The position numbers were made by a program, and so were the translations under genes. From Yuukianura sp. NJ FZ-2021 (Eukaryota): 64,000 nucleotides of DNA. The notes under the pieces were generated by a model. It had not been told where the DNA came from and made no database searches. It saw only the letters and a list, made by a program, of their open reading frames with translations. Shown one piece after another: positions 1 to 10,829 of this stretch (positions are counted from its first letter, which is position 1; the number at the start of each line of letters is the position of its first letter). The stretch covers positions 682,001 to 746,000 of the forward strand of contig CM102287.1 of assembly GCA_046563655.1 (NCBI GenBank). Reading direction: 5' to 3'.

Positions 1-457
1 ATTTCTTCAAACTTGGAAATTTCTGTCAATGAAACTGGGTACTTTACACAGTCGAAGTCGTGTAGGTGTTCAAACTGTTTGTACGACGAGGCGCGGGAAG
101 TTTCCTTTGCAGGACGGTATAATGAGCTTAATATAGCCCACTTAAAACAGTAGTTTCCTCTAGCTTTGATATTGACAGTTGATCTGTTTGCCTGTAGAAA
201 TTTGGGAAGCTTTTTCCAAGTGCCACCGGAGAAGGCTTGAAATCTGCCGATTCGAATATCCGCTCCGCATATTTTAGACAATTGCCACCCGGAACCATAC
301 ACCTCAAAAATGCTAATGGAGTGTTCAATTTTAGAGATGCAATGCTTCAAAAATCGTCGCAAACTGTCTTGGTTGTTTAAAACATTCAACATATTAGAGT
401 TCACCATTTTAGTCTGGTACTCAATAATATCACTTCCGTCTTTTGAGGAACACAAAT
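1..457 (-). pseudogene. Continuation of the same Polinton/adintovirus-like PolB ORF; runs off the left edge of the window
   Basis: Manual translation after removing 458-2927 and one TSD gives a stop-free frame: ...VEFKRYLCSSKDGSDIIEYQTKMVNSNMLNVLNNQDSLRRFLKHCISKIEHSISIFEVYGSGWQLSKICGADIRIGRFQAFSGGTWKKLPKFLQANRSTVNIKARGNYCFKWAILSSLYRPAKETSRASSYKQFEHLHDFDCVKYPVSLTEISKFEE. The GSGW, LP, N-CF-WAIL and YPV-L--I-KFE motifs are typical of this family. The polymerase core is not in the window. Confidence 0.72.
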
Positions 458-705
458 TGTGACGGCGTAGTATTTTCCCCCGCCGTCTGAGGATTAGGAG
501 GGGTCCGCACAGCCGCAGCAGAGCAGGAGGAGAGCTGCAGAGCCACGAGGCAGGACACCGCACCACACCACTTTAGTTTTAGTATTCATTTTAGTATTTA
601 GATCTTTATTCCGAAGAATAAAGATCCAGTTCTCTTTTGGGTTTCACACGGGCGAGTCATCTTTTCAGATGTTCATTCAGGGGTGACACGGGGTCATTCC
701 CTACA
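458..705 (+). repeat. 5' LTR of the non-autonomous element
   Basis: TGTGACGGCG...CCCTACA; matches 2680-2927 except one G/A site that I could see (cttttcagat vs cttttcaaat); contains AATAAA. Confidence 0.95.
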
Positions 706-706
706 T

Positions 707-720
707 TGGCGACGTGACAG
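707..720 (+). promoter_or_regulatory. Primer-binding site, tRNA-Arg-like
   Basis: TGGCGACGTGACAG lies 1 nt after the LTR and is one base short of TGGCGACCGTGACAG, the PBS I recall for 412/mdg1-type Gypsy elements. Confidence 0.7.
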
Positions 721-1872
721 AGCTTACCTCCAACCATGCCGAATCCATTGGGCTTCAGGCACAGGTCAAGGATCAAGACGTCGAGGTCAAGATCAGAGAA
801 CCTCGCTCCAAAAGCAGCTGATCTTCAACCTCGACTTTAAATCAACGGATTCAAACGGACACATTTTTGGTACATCAAGGGTACGTTTAGTTAGTTGGGA
901 CGCAGCGTAAACTGGCAGCAGTCCCTTAGTTGTAAGTTTTTAGAGGTCAGATTAGGTCAGAATCTTTTCCGTGACCTATGACATACACATGTGAGGCATG
1001 AATCGTTCATTTTTCATTTTTCCTTGTAAAATCAAAGTAAAACAATAAGATTCGCCCATGACCTGTTCAGTGCAATGTCATATGTTATTGTCAGTACGCG
1101 TATCCTAAAGTTCAGTATGGAATCGACATAAAAACGTTTTCTAAGGTAACGTATAGTAACGTAGAGTTAAAAATTGACCTAAAGACGTGGTATAACGTGG
1201 CGTGTTACAAAATGGCGTCGTGAGCATGCAGAGTCAGGTTATCAGCATCAGTTTCATTCAGTAGTGAATCGAGGTCACAGGAAATACCAAATTAGAGAGA
1301 TTGAATCAGAAACGCATACATGAATGAAAAGTTGTTAAAATTTTTGTAACTTAGTTGGACATGCAGTGAATCAAACCCAGTATCTTTCTAATCTTGACTT
1401 ACAATTCTAAAGTCTGCAGTTATAAAGTAAGACGCAACGTAGAGTAGGTTGTCGTCTCTTATCTCCTTCTATGTACATGATTAGTCGTTAATTTTTTCCA
1501 GTTGAGACGCAGTGTACATTAAGCAGCGTCTTTACAATTAGGTTGCAGTAAGGCGTAGATCTAAAGTTTGTTCATTGATTGGAAGTTATCACTTTGTTTT
1601 TCAAGTTTTTTGGAATGGAATGATTAATTCATGAGAAGTTATAAAGTAAATTGAAAGTAGAATTGTAAATGCGTAAAAGTTAAGGTTCTAGCGCTATAAA
1701 TTTTGAGACGCAATGTTGAACACGTCTCTCTTTGACTTATTCCTTTTAGTTTATAGTTAGTTATTAAAAACGATGGGACGACGCGAGTGGCGACGACCCA
1801 CCAAATTTTGTAAATTTGTAACAGTTAAGTTACTTTATAAGGCATAGAAGTTGCCAAAAAGATATATTCAGG

Positions 1873-1975
1873 GAAAAAAGCTAGAATTAGAGCTTAAAGA
1901 AATGTTTAGAAAAAAAAAGCTAGAATTAGAGCTTAAAGAAATGTTTAGAGAAAAAAGCTAGAATCAGAGCTTAAA
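1873..1975 (+). repeat. Internal ~38-bp tandem repeat (about 2.7 copies)
   Basis: aaaaaagctagaattagagcttaaagaaatgtttag repeated. Confidence 0.9.
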
Positions 1976-2017
1976 CAAAAGAACAGATGAGTTTAATAGT
2001 TGAATAGTTGAATCCCT

Positions 2018-2196
2018 TGACATTGAGAGTCATTAGGACAGAGTCAGAGACAGAGTCAAAGACATAGTCAGAGACCTAATGTACGTGACATTGAGAGTCA
2101 TTAGGGCATAGCCAGAGACCTAATGTACGTGACATTGAGAGTCATTAGGACATAGTCAGAGGCAGAGTCATAGGCATAGTCAGAGACGTAATGTAA
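2018..2196 (+). repeat. Internal imperfect tandem repeat (~44-bp unit with 12-bp subunits)
   Basis: gacattgagagtcattaggacatagtcagagacctaatgtacgt repeated with gacagagtcaga-type subunits. Confidence 0.85.
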
Positions 2197-2679
2197 GGAG
2201 GTTAACTAGTTCAAGTTAAATATTTGATGTTAGTAGCTTATGATATATTTTATTTTGTTGAATTGTTATAGAAATAATTATGATTTCAGAGTTTGAGTTT
2301 AAAAGTTGAAGTTAGGTTAAAAGAAATAATTTTTGCAATACTGAAGTTTATAGATAAAGTAGAAAAAATAAGGGACGCAGCGAGGAGCAGCGATCCAGAA
2401 TTTACGTTTGTATATAATTGAAGTTTAAATTACTAAATTTCTTCACTAGTTTAATGCACCCATTGTTAAAAATTTACCGTTTATGAGACAACTTTCGGTA
2501 TAAGTACAGTTACTCATTAAGACTTAAGTTATCATGCTATATTTCAAAGTTTGAATAGTCAATTGAAGAATAATTAGAAGTATAATGCACAAATACTATT
2601 TAAGAAAGAGGTCAATGGTTAGTCAGCATGACACAAGGGTCGACGTTACCCCGTTAAAGAGGGCTTTCGTCGTGGTGAA

Positions 2680-2927
2680 TGTGACGGCGTAGTATTTTCC
2701 CCCGCCGTCTGAGGATTAGGAGGGGTCCGCACAGCCGCAGCAGAGCAGGAGGAGAGCTGCAGAGCCACGAGGCAGGACACCGCACCACACCACTTTAGTT
2801 TTAGTATTCATTTTAGTATTTAGATCTTTATTCCGAAGAATAAAGATCCAGTTCTCTTTTGGGTTTCACACGGGCGAGTCATCTTTTCAAATGTTCATTC
2901 AGGGGTGACACGGGGTCATTCCCTACA
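2680..2927 (+). repeat. 3' LTR of the non-autonomous element
   Basis: Direct repeat of 458-705, followed by the AAAT TSD. Confidence 0.95.
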
Positions 2928-3430
2928 AAATAACGCTTGAACTCCACTTTCACAGATAATTGGCATTTAATGGCTTTTAACGAAATGAGACAATCCTTGA
3001 TAATGTTTTGTATTGGAGTTTGACACTTGTAAAAATACATGTTGGGATTACTCACTCCATTCTTAAGGCGATGACGATAGGTACGGACATAACCACGGAA
3101 GGCTTGAATTTTCTTAAATGGAAGGATTTCCAATCTCGTATTACCGCGAACATTCGAACCACCAATTTGGACTTGCTTCTTAATGAGTTTCGCAATGTGG
3201 TTGTGCACAATTTTTGAATGGACAACAGCGGAGTGATTTTCAAGAAGGAGATGTGATTGAAATATTTTGTTGCATATAACACATCGATGAACTCGTGGTG
3301 TCTTTCTTCTATTAGAGTTTCTTGCACATTTTCTGCGACAGTTAGAAACATGCCGGAGGTAGTCAAGTTTCCGGTTTTCACGCTTCCCGCAAATTTCGCA
3401 AATATTAGATTTTGGCTTGATATTTTCCAT
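2928..3430 (-). pseudogene. 5' part of a Polinton/Maverick (adintovirus)-like protein-primed PolB polyprotein gene, with N-terminal C2H2-like zinc fingers; interrupted by an LTR element
   Basis: ORF 3430->2928 has CEIC..H..C and CVIC..H...H motifs, then QIGG, AFRGYVRTY and KCQLSVKVEFKR, which resemble the N-terminal region of arthropod Polinton-type PolB ORFs. The annotated ORF tail (VGNDPVSPLNEHLKR) is read-through into the LTR. Confidence 0.7.
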
Positions 3431-4608
3431 TTGCTCCTAAAAAATATTTAACTTGTTTGATTAAATAATACCTTTGCTCCCTCTCCTGTATTCATTGGTC
3501 AATTTTAAATGAAAATAATTAGACGCTTGTGGTTAGATTTTTCAAAAACAAATGAAAGAAAAAACAAGTTGCAATCTTCAAAAATCAATTCCAAAATTTG
3601 AACAGACTCAGTTAATCCTGAAACTTGGGAATTGAATTGAAAATTTGGAAACTAGAAATTGAATTTCTTACAGATGACAAGTCTTCTTTTTCTAATTTAA
3701 GTAATTCTTCCGTAGAAAAAAAAATCAATTTTCAAAATTTTAGATTTTTCTTCGATCGAACTTTGACAATTCTGTTTTTGAAAACTTCTTCTAGCGATTG
3801 GAATTTCTTCTTACTCTCATCTCTTGTTACTGCTGATGTGGCTTTAAAGAAGTTTGAAAGCCGTCTAAAAATGCTACGTCATTAGTTTTTCATTTCATTT
3901 CAAAAAAAAAATTTCCAAAAAATGAATCCAAGGACTAACTAGTATCTCTAAAATCAATTAGTATGCATTTTCACACGATTTGAAGGACTTTAAAGGACTT
4001 TTGGTTGCCGGAGACAATGCTAAAATTAAACGTAGTTGTAAGAATCAGTAAGTGTCTGAAAGCGGAAGAGCAAACATCTAATTTCAAAAAGGTTGCAATT
4101 GAAAAACGTTCATCACTTCGGTTTTGACCACGACTTCCAGCATGAGTCAAAAGTTACGAAAAGGTAAGAAACCAGCCTTCTAGATTTTTATCCCATTTTT
4201 ACAAAAAATGTGAAGTAAATTAACAGCGGAGGAGTAACATAATAACCTAGTCACAGGCAATGAAAGAAACTCCGTTTTGACATTGACAGTCGGCAACCTT
4301 CCCTTCATCCCGGAAACTTCCCTTGCTTAACATAAGACACTTTGTCTATTCACACTGACATCATTTTTTGCTTCAGTTTCTAATAAGCAAGGCAATGCAC
4401 TAGCATTTACTCCTAAGTGCACTAAATGACACATAGCAGTCTTTGTATTTTGTACAAGCCGACAGGACGGTCCCAGACGCATCACAACTGTACCGCGCAA
4501 CCATAATTGTCCATCATAACTGTACCGCGCAACCGTAATTGTCCTTTTGCGCATGTTGACCTGGGGCAATTTGAGAAATACGGGGGTAGAAGTGGCTCAC
4601 CTCACTCA

Positions 4609-6305
4609 TCATCTGTAGTTAACTCTTGGAACATTTCTAGAACTGCGTTGAGCTGGTATGTTAGAATCATTCTGTTGATCTGTTTGATTTTGTTGAGGAT
4701 CATGAGTTGGTTGAACTGCTGGAACAATTTTTCTTGGAAAGTACAACTTGATTTGAGAAACATGTCTTCTTCCCATGCTCTGTTTTTCTGGAATCGTAAG
4801 TATGTCGAATGTGACTGGTGAAATCCTTTCTCCTAATCCATGTGGTCCTTGCCATCTCGGGGCCAATTTTTTTGAAATTCCCCTCTTTGTCTGAAAGTAT
4901 GTGTGATTTGATGAGAACGACATCTCCTTTTTTGAATGTGTCCTGACGATGAAGTCGATCATAATAGACTTTGTTCTTTTGATGAGCAATGTGCATGTTC
5001 TTGCGTACATACTGAATCATTTCTTGGAGTTCTTCTGGTACGTGAGTAAGTTGTTGTGGATCTAAGGAAATTTCTTCATCTTGGAGATTTCGATCGAATG
5101 GCAAAGCAATTTCTCTTCCTAAGTTTAGTAATGCTGGAGTATATTTCGTTGTTTCATTAATGGCTGTTCTGAGAGCTAACGCGAACTTTTGAATATGTTG
5201 ATCCCATTTATGGTGACTGTCTTCTATGTACGCTTGAAGCATTGATTTGATATTTCGATTGGTTCTTTCTGAATGATTTGCCTGAGGATGATATTCCGAG
5301 ATTGTTTTATGTTGAATTTTCCATTTTTCGCATAATTCTTTCAAAATTCCTGCCGTGAAGTAAGTTGCGTTGTCTGAGATTAGAATTTTTGGTGTGCCAA
5401 AGCGACAAAAAATTTCATTCTCCAAGATTTCAATTTTCTTTGATGTAACTTCTGTGAGTGTGAAGAGTTCGACCCATTTTGATAATTCATCCAGAATGAC
5501 ATGTAAATATTTTGATTGTTTTCCACCTGCGCTCGTCGGAAGTGGTCCAAAAATGTCATAATGTAGTGTAGAAAATACTACTGAAGGTGGTTTTGAATAT
5601 CCAAGAAGTCCATACGGCTTTTGGTTTGGCGGTTTGGTTCGTTGACATTTATCACAAGTTTTGACATATTCTGCAATTTCTTTGTTCATGTTGTTCCAAT
5701 AGCAACGTTGCTGAATTCTTTCTATAGTTTTTGTCCATCCGAATTGGCCTGCTTCGGGAGCGTCGTGGAAAATTTTCATTATCTGTAGTTTTAAGGATTC
5801 CGGAATTACTGGAACCAAGTGTTGATTTTCCCGGGTAAGCTGGTTTTGATTTGATGTTGGATTTGAGTTTGTAGACTGCGTCTGAGGTTGATCACTCCTC
5901 TCTTCAGCTACATCCTCTGGGTGTTGACAGTTCGTTCGTAGACAAACCACTTGTTTAATCAACTTTGGAAGTTGATTTGATGAATTTGAAGTGATGTTTT
6001 TGAATGGTTTGATCCGTCTGAGTAGAATGTCTCTGTCCATTACGTAATCCTTTGCAGTTGCGCAGCTGCTAGAATTACTTTGGAGAGTTTTGATGATTTT
6101 TTGAATTTCAGGATCAGTTTGTTGAGCTTTTGCAATGTCAGCCATCGAAGGTGTGCAGTAGACAAGTAAAAACGTTGGTAGAGCAAATTTTTCTCTCTCC
6201 TGGTTGAGATCTGGGTCGTCTGCAGCTTCTGGTAAACTGGCTCGTGACAGCGCGTCCGCCACCACATTGTCAGTACCTTTGCGTAAACGAATCTTGGCTT
6301 CCCAT
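4609..6305 (-). pseudogene. pol: pol 3' part: end of RNase H, integrase (Zn finger, DDE core, GPY/F-type C-terminus); frameshift near 4870
   Basis: NVVADALSR, HDAPEAGQFG..CDKCQ, YDIFGPLP, ISDNATYF, YHPQANHSERTNR; the C-terminal KKLAPRWQGP...RRHVSQIK is in the shifted frame (ORF 4609-5010). Confidence 0.95.
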
Positions 6306-7206
6306 CATAGAGTTGTCAAGACGACGATTTTTCGTTTTTCTTTTAACTAGAGTGGACATGAGGCATTTTTTCAACAAAATTTTTGAAGCAAATTAAAAGA
6401 GGTAAAAAAACCGATTTCACCTGAACTTTAAGCCCGGTTCTCACGACGAAATTCAAACGTTCTTTCAAACTTTCTCAAATTGTTGATAAAAAAAAAGTTA
6501 AAAAGACAGTCAAATAATTTTTGAATTCCAAAGGGTGGATCTTTGGTTGGTGAATCGTGGAGCCAAATTAACTTCTTGCTAATTAACTTACTGCAAGTTA
6601 GATTTGTAGAGAACGGTTGTGGCAGTACTTTAGATACTTTAGAAGGATATCCATAACTTCTGAGCTACAGCAGCTTGAACACCCGTGTCAGGTCCATAGT
6701 TCCTAAATCACGGGAAAATGACCTGATTTCTGGTAATTTCTACCATTGATAGATACTTATTAGTAAGTAGATAGTAACTTAGATGTAGATAGGTGGTTTA
6801 GATGTAATTAACTTAAGTATCAGTAATTTAATTAGAATTAGTAAATAGTAACTTCAATTTAACTTTTTGCAAAAGCAATTTCAGCAGCAGAAGCAATTGT
6901 TGGGTTGCTGCCGCTGCCACCTCTTCTTGGCACACTACTAGTCACCATTTGTATTGACAGATATGCGCGGATATTTTGTCTAAAAAAAAGCTGTCTTTCG
7001 TATTTTTATTCATAATTTTATAAATTTTGAAAACTGAAAATCTAAATTTCGTCGTTTTTGTGAACCGGGCTTAAACTTCAGGTGAAATCGGTTTTTTACC
7101 TCTTCTAACCTCTTTTAATTTGCTTCAAAAATTTTGTTGAAAAAATGCCTCATGTCCACTCTAGTTAAAAGAAAAAACGAAAAATCGTCGTCTTGACAAC
7201 TCTATG
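6306..7206. mobile_element. 901-bp non-autonomous DNA transposon (MITE/foldback-like) with ~145-bp imperfect TIRs; probably P superfamily, hAT not excluded
   Basis: Ends CATAGAGTTGTCAAGACGACGATTTTTCG... and ...CGAAAAATCGTCGTCTTGACAACTCTATG; 8-bp TSD CTTCCCAT (6298-6305, 7207-7214); removal restores pol as EISSWEAKIRLRKGTDNVVADALSR. Confidence 0.93.
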
Positions 7207-8260
7207 CTTCCCATGATGAAATTTCAATTGCCCATCTTGTTAATTTTGCCTTTTTGTTTTTCATTGTGTTGAGGTAGCTTACTGCTCTGTTGTCTGTTTC
7301 AATGATGAATGGATGACCTTCAATGAATTCTCGAAATTTGTCGTAAGCAAAAATGATAGCGTAGAGTTCTTTTTCTCTTATGTCGGCACTGCGTTCGGAT
7401 TTTTTGAGTGTTTTGCTGACGTGCATGATTGGTCTTTCTTTTCCTTCTTGAATTCTTGAACTAAGACTGCTCCGAGTCCAATTTCAGATGCATCACATTG
7501 CATAATAAGAGGTTTGGAGTAATCGATTGTTTTGAGGATGACGTCTTCAGCCATAGCAGATTTTAGATCATCAAATGCTTTTTGTTGTTCCGGTCCCCAG
7601 TTCCATTTGACGTCTTTTCTGAGAAGTTGGTATAATGGCTCGGATCTTTGACTGAAGTTTTTGATAAATGTTGAATACCATGCACAAGTACCTTGAAAAC
7701 GATAAATGTCATGTTTATTTTGAGGAGTTGGAAAGTTTATGATGGCTTTGACTTTTGACGGCTGTTTGCTAATTCCTTCTGGACCAGTGACATGGCCAAT
7801 GTATTCAACTTCCCGTTTTGCCCATGTTGATTTAGTTCGATTAATTGTCAATTTGGCTTCTCTGAGTCGTTCCATGACTTTTTGGATGTGAGCATAATGT
7901 TCTTCCAGAGTTGGAGAGTATATGAGGATGTCGTCGACAAAGATTTTGACGAATTTGTTGACGTAGCCACGTAAAACGTTTCTCATGAGTGCTGTGAATG
8001 TTTTTGGAGCGTTTTTGAGTCCCATAGGCATGACTAAAAATTCATAATGGCCGTCTTGAGTGGTAAATGCTGTTTTTTCTATGCTGTTCTCGTGCATAGG
8101 AATTTGCCAAAATCCACCGTTCATGTCGAGTACTGTGTACCAGTAGTTTGACGGAATTGTTCTTAGAATTGAATTGCAGTTGTCCATCGGTCCGGCATTT
8201 TTCTTCATTGAATCATTCAATTTGATGTAGTTGATGCACAGGCGGTATTTATTTGAATTT
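7207..8260 (-). pseudogene. pol: pol: reverse transcriptase and RNase H, frameshift near 7445
   Basis: YRLCINYIKLN, LDMNGGFWQIPM, MPMGLKNAP, FVDDILIY, CDASEIGLGAVL, REKELYAI, IETDNRA. Confidence 0.96.
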
Positions 8261-9014
8261 TTTTCTTTTCAAATACAACTGGTGAAGCATAAGGAGATCT
8301 AGATGGTCTGATCATTTCTTTTTGACGTAATTGCTCAAGTTCATCATTTATGATTTTTCTCAAGTTTGGTGAGTACTGGTAGTGACGTTGGAAAACTGGT
8401 GGTCCTGTTGTCTCAATTTCATGTCGTGCCATCTCTGTTCGTCCATATGAATTGTCATTTCGAGCGACTTCTGGAAATTGATTGATGATTTGAATGATTT
8501 TGGACTCTTTTTCTTCAATTGAAGTTGCATTTTCTGTGTCTTCCATGGTAAGTACAAGATGAAATGAATTGACTTTGTTGTTGAGTTGAAATGATGTAGT
8601 GAATTTTTCTTCTGGTTGAGAACGAAACCAAAATGTATCTCCTGATACATCCAAAATAATCCCATAGGGAATCATTATGTCTTTGCCGATTATTAATTGG
8701 AATGGAAGGCTTTCCATAACCAATGCATCCGTATGAAGAATTTGATTGCCGAATTTTAAGTGAAGTGATACAGATCCAAGTGGTTGAACTTTTGAATTGT
8801 CTCCCAGTGTCAGTGAAATTAATGAACATGGTTCCATTTTTCTTTGAAGTTTTTTGAGTAAATTGGGATGTCGAAGTGTGTGATCGCTTCCAGTGTCGAA
8901 TATTGCTTGAATTTCTGTTGTAGAATCTGTAGTTGAACATTGTGCACCTTGGCTTTGACGCAATTTTAATATTGGGAGTAGATAAGATGGTGCTGATGAC
9001 TTATCCTCCCTCAA
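8261..9014 (-). pseudogene. pol: pol: aspartic protease and RT N-terminus; frameshift in the A-run near 8260
   Basis: AIFDTGSDHT catalytic motif, LIIGKD, IRPSRSPYASPVV. Confidence 0.93.
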
Positions 9015-10816
9015 CAGTTTAACTGACTGTTGTGAGGTTGTGGTTGTTGTTGAGTTGTTGCGTCTGGGTGAAATGATGTTTCATCTTCGTTTGTGTACAG
9101 TAGCATTCCTTGTTTTGTTGGACATTGAGCAGCGAGATGTCCATAACCAAAGCATTTCCGGCATTGAACAGAATTTGGATTTTTGTTGTTTTGATTCTGA
9201 GACTGCTCTGTCTGATTTTGATTGGAGTTTGTTTGATTTTGTTGATTGTAGAATTCTCGAGGTTGACGAGTTCCTCTGAAATTGTTGCCACGATAGTTGG
9301 AACTGTAATTGTTGCCACGGTAATTTGGATTGTAGTTGTTGCCACGATAACGAGGATTGTAGCCACGATTTTGGTAATTTCCTCTGACGTTTCCTTGTTG
9401 TTGGTATTCAGTTTGTGGCCGTTGATATGGATTGTAACGTGGATTGTATTGTGACTGTCGTCTTCCTCTGTAGTAGCCACGTCCTTGTGGTCTTCGATAC
9501 GATCTTGATTGGTACTGTCCTCGCGAATTGAAATTCTGATCGGATTGTTGAATTTGATTGTTGGAATCGACTTCTTGTGTAGAATTGGAGTTAGGATCAT
9601 TTCCTTGATTGGAATTGCAGAACGTAGCCGTTTGTTGAAATCGATTGTTGAAGTGTTGATTTGATCTTTGAAATCTGAATCCACGAGATCCATTTCCTCT
9701 CTGGTAACGAAAATTTTGATTTTGAGAATTATTTCGATTTGTGACTCCTTTGTCTTCTTGTGTGACTGTGTAAGCTTCTAGAGGTGGTAAATCTCCAAAA
9801 TTCTTGTAGTAACGATCTTCTGCTTCCAAATTTTCATGAACTGTTCGACAGGCTGCAAACATTTCTTCTGGAGTGTAAAATTTCATGTTGTTGAGTTGAG
9901 AACGAATTCTTGGAAAAAGTGTTGCTTTGAGTCTGGTCAATATTTCTTCCATTGATTCTGTTGGACGACAAAGTTTTGAAAGTTGAATGAAATCGTAAAT
10001 GTACTTTTCTGTTGGATCGTGTTTTGATTGTCTTTTGTTTGCAAGTATGCGTTCTCGTTGACGACATTCTTCTTCTCCGTCAAATCGTTCAATAAACGCT
10101 TTTCGAAATGCATCCCAAGTTTTTGTTCTGTTGCGAGTGTGTTCCCACCAACTGTGAGATGTTTCTAGTAAAACCGTCTTGACGAGGTAGAGCCATTGTT
10201 GAGTCGGATAGTGTTGACTTGTGAAATACTGTTCCACTTCATTCATGAATGATTCTGCTGTTCGTTTCTTTGGATCGTATTTTGGAAGTGGTATTTGAGT
10301 ATTGACTTATGTGATTCTGACAGTTTTGAGAGCATCAGTAAGAACATCCAGTGTGAATGTAGCTTGTTCAGAAGGAGTTGACTCAGATGATGATGATTGT
10401 AATGGAATTCGTCTCGGAATGGTTGGTTGTGGTACTGTTGTCTGCTTTGGAGAACGATTTAACCGCGTTTCAAACGTTGTAAGAAATTGTGAGATGGATT
10501 CTTGAACTGTTTTGACAACAAGCGTTTTGATGTCATCCATGGACAATGCATTAGCAGATCGATCATTTCTGTACTGCTGTTCATCATTTTGTTGATTTCC
10601 ATCATTGTTCTGATTTTCGACATAGTTTGGATCCAAGAAATTTTCAAAAACTTCCTCTTCTTGTTGTTCTTCTTCAATGACTGCGAGATTTGTCGCTGCA
10701 GGAGTAGTATTCTTTGGGTTGGCCATTGTTTCTTGTCTAATTTGTCTCCCACTTCTAGTTGTACTCGATTCAGCAGTATTTACGTTGGGAAGATTTCGTA
10801 ATTCTCTTTGACTCAT
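9011..10816 (-). pseudogene. gag: gag with one in-frame TAA (10307-10309); CA-like domain, Q/N/R/G/Y-rich region, CCHC knuckle
   Basis: ORFs 10307-10816 and 9011-10246 are in the same frame, joined by ...RIT*VNTQIPLPKYDPKKRTAESFMNEVE; WW...TWDAFRKAFIERF and CRKCFGYGHLAAQC are present. Confidence 0.92.
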
Positions 10817-10829
10817 TAATTTTTTCCAA

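Larger units (their letters stand above)
458..2927 (+). mobile_element. Complete non-autonomous LTR retrotransposon (2470 bp, non-coding interior)
   Basis: Two 248-bp direct repeats with TGT...ACA ends, AAAT TSD (454-457 and 2928-2931), PBS directly after the 5' LTR, and no long internal ORF. Confidence 0.95.

Noticed and set aside
128..328. 66-aa ORF from the track
   Set aside because: It is an alternate frame; the conserved Polinton-like motifs are in a different minus-strand frame.
1209..1222. AAAATGGCGTCGTG shared with 12016-12029, suggesting the two LTR elements are related
   Set aside because: Short YY1/PHO-like motif in opposite orientation relative to each element, with no extended similarity.
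3450..4300. Additional Polinton gene or terminal inverted repeat
   Set aside because: Only short AT-rich ORFs, no clear AG-repeat terminus, and no partner TIR in the window.
8360..10801. Alternate-frame and antisense ORFs over gag/pol
   Set aside because: Explained as shadows of the A-rich, low-complexity retroelement coding sequence.
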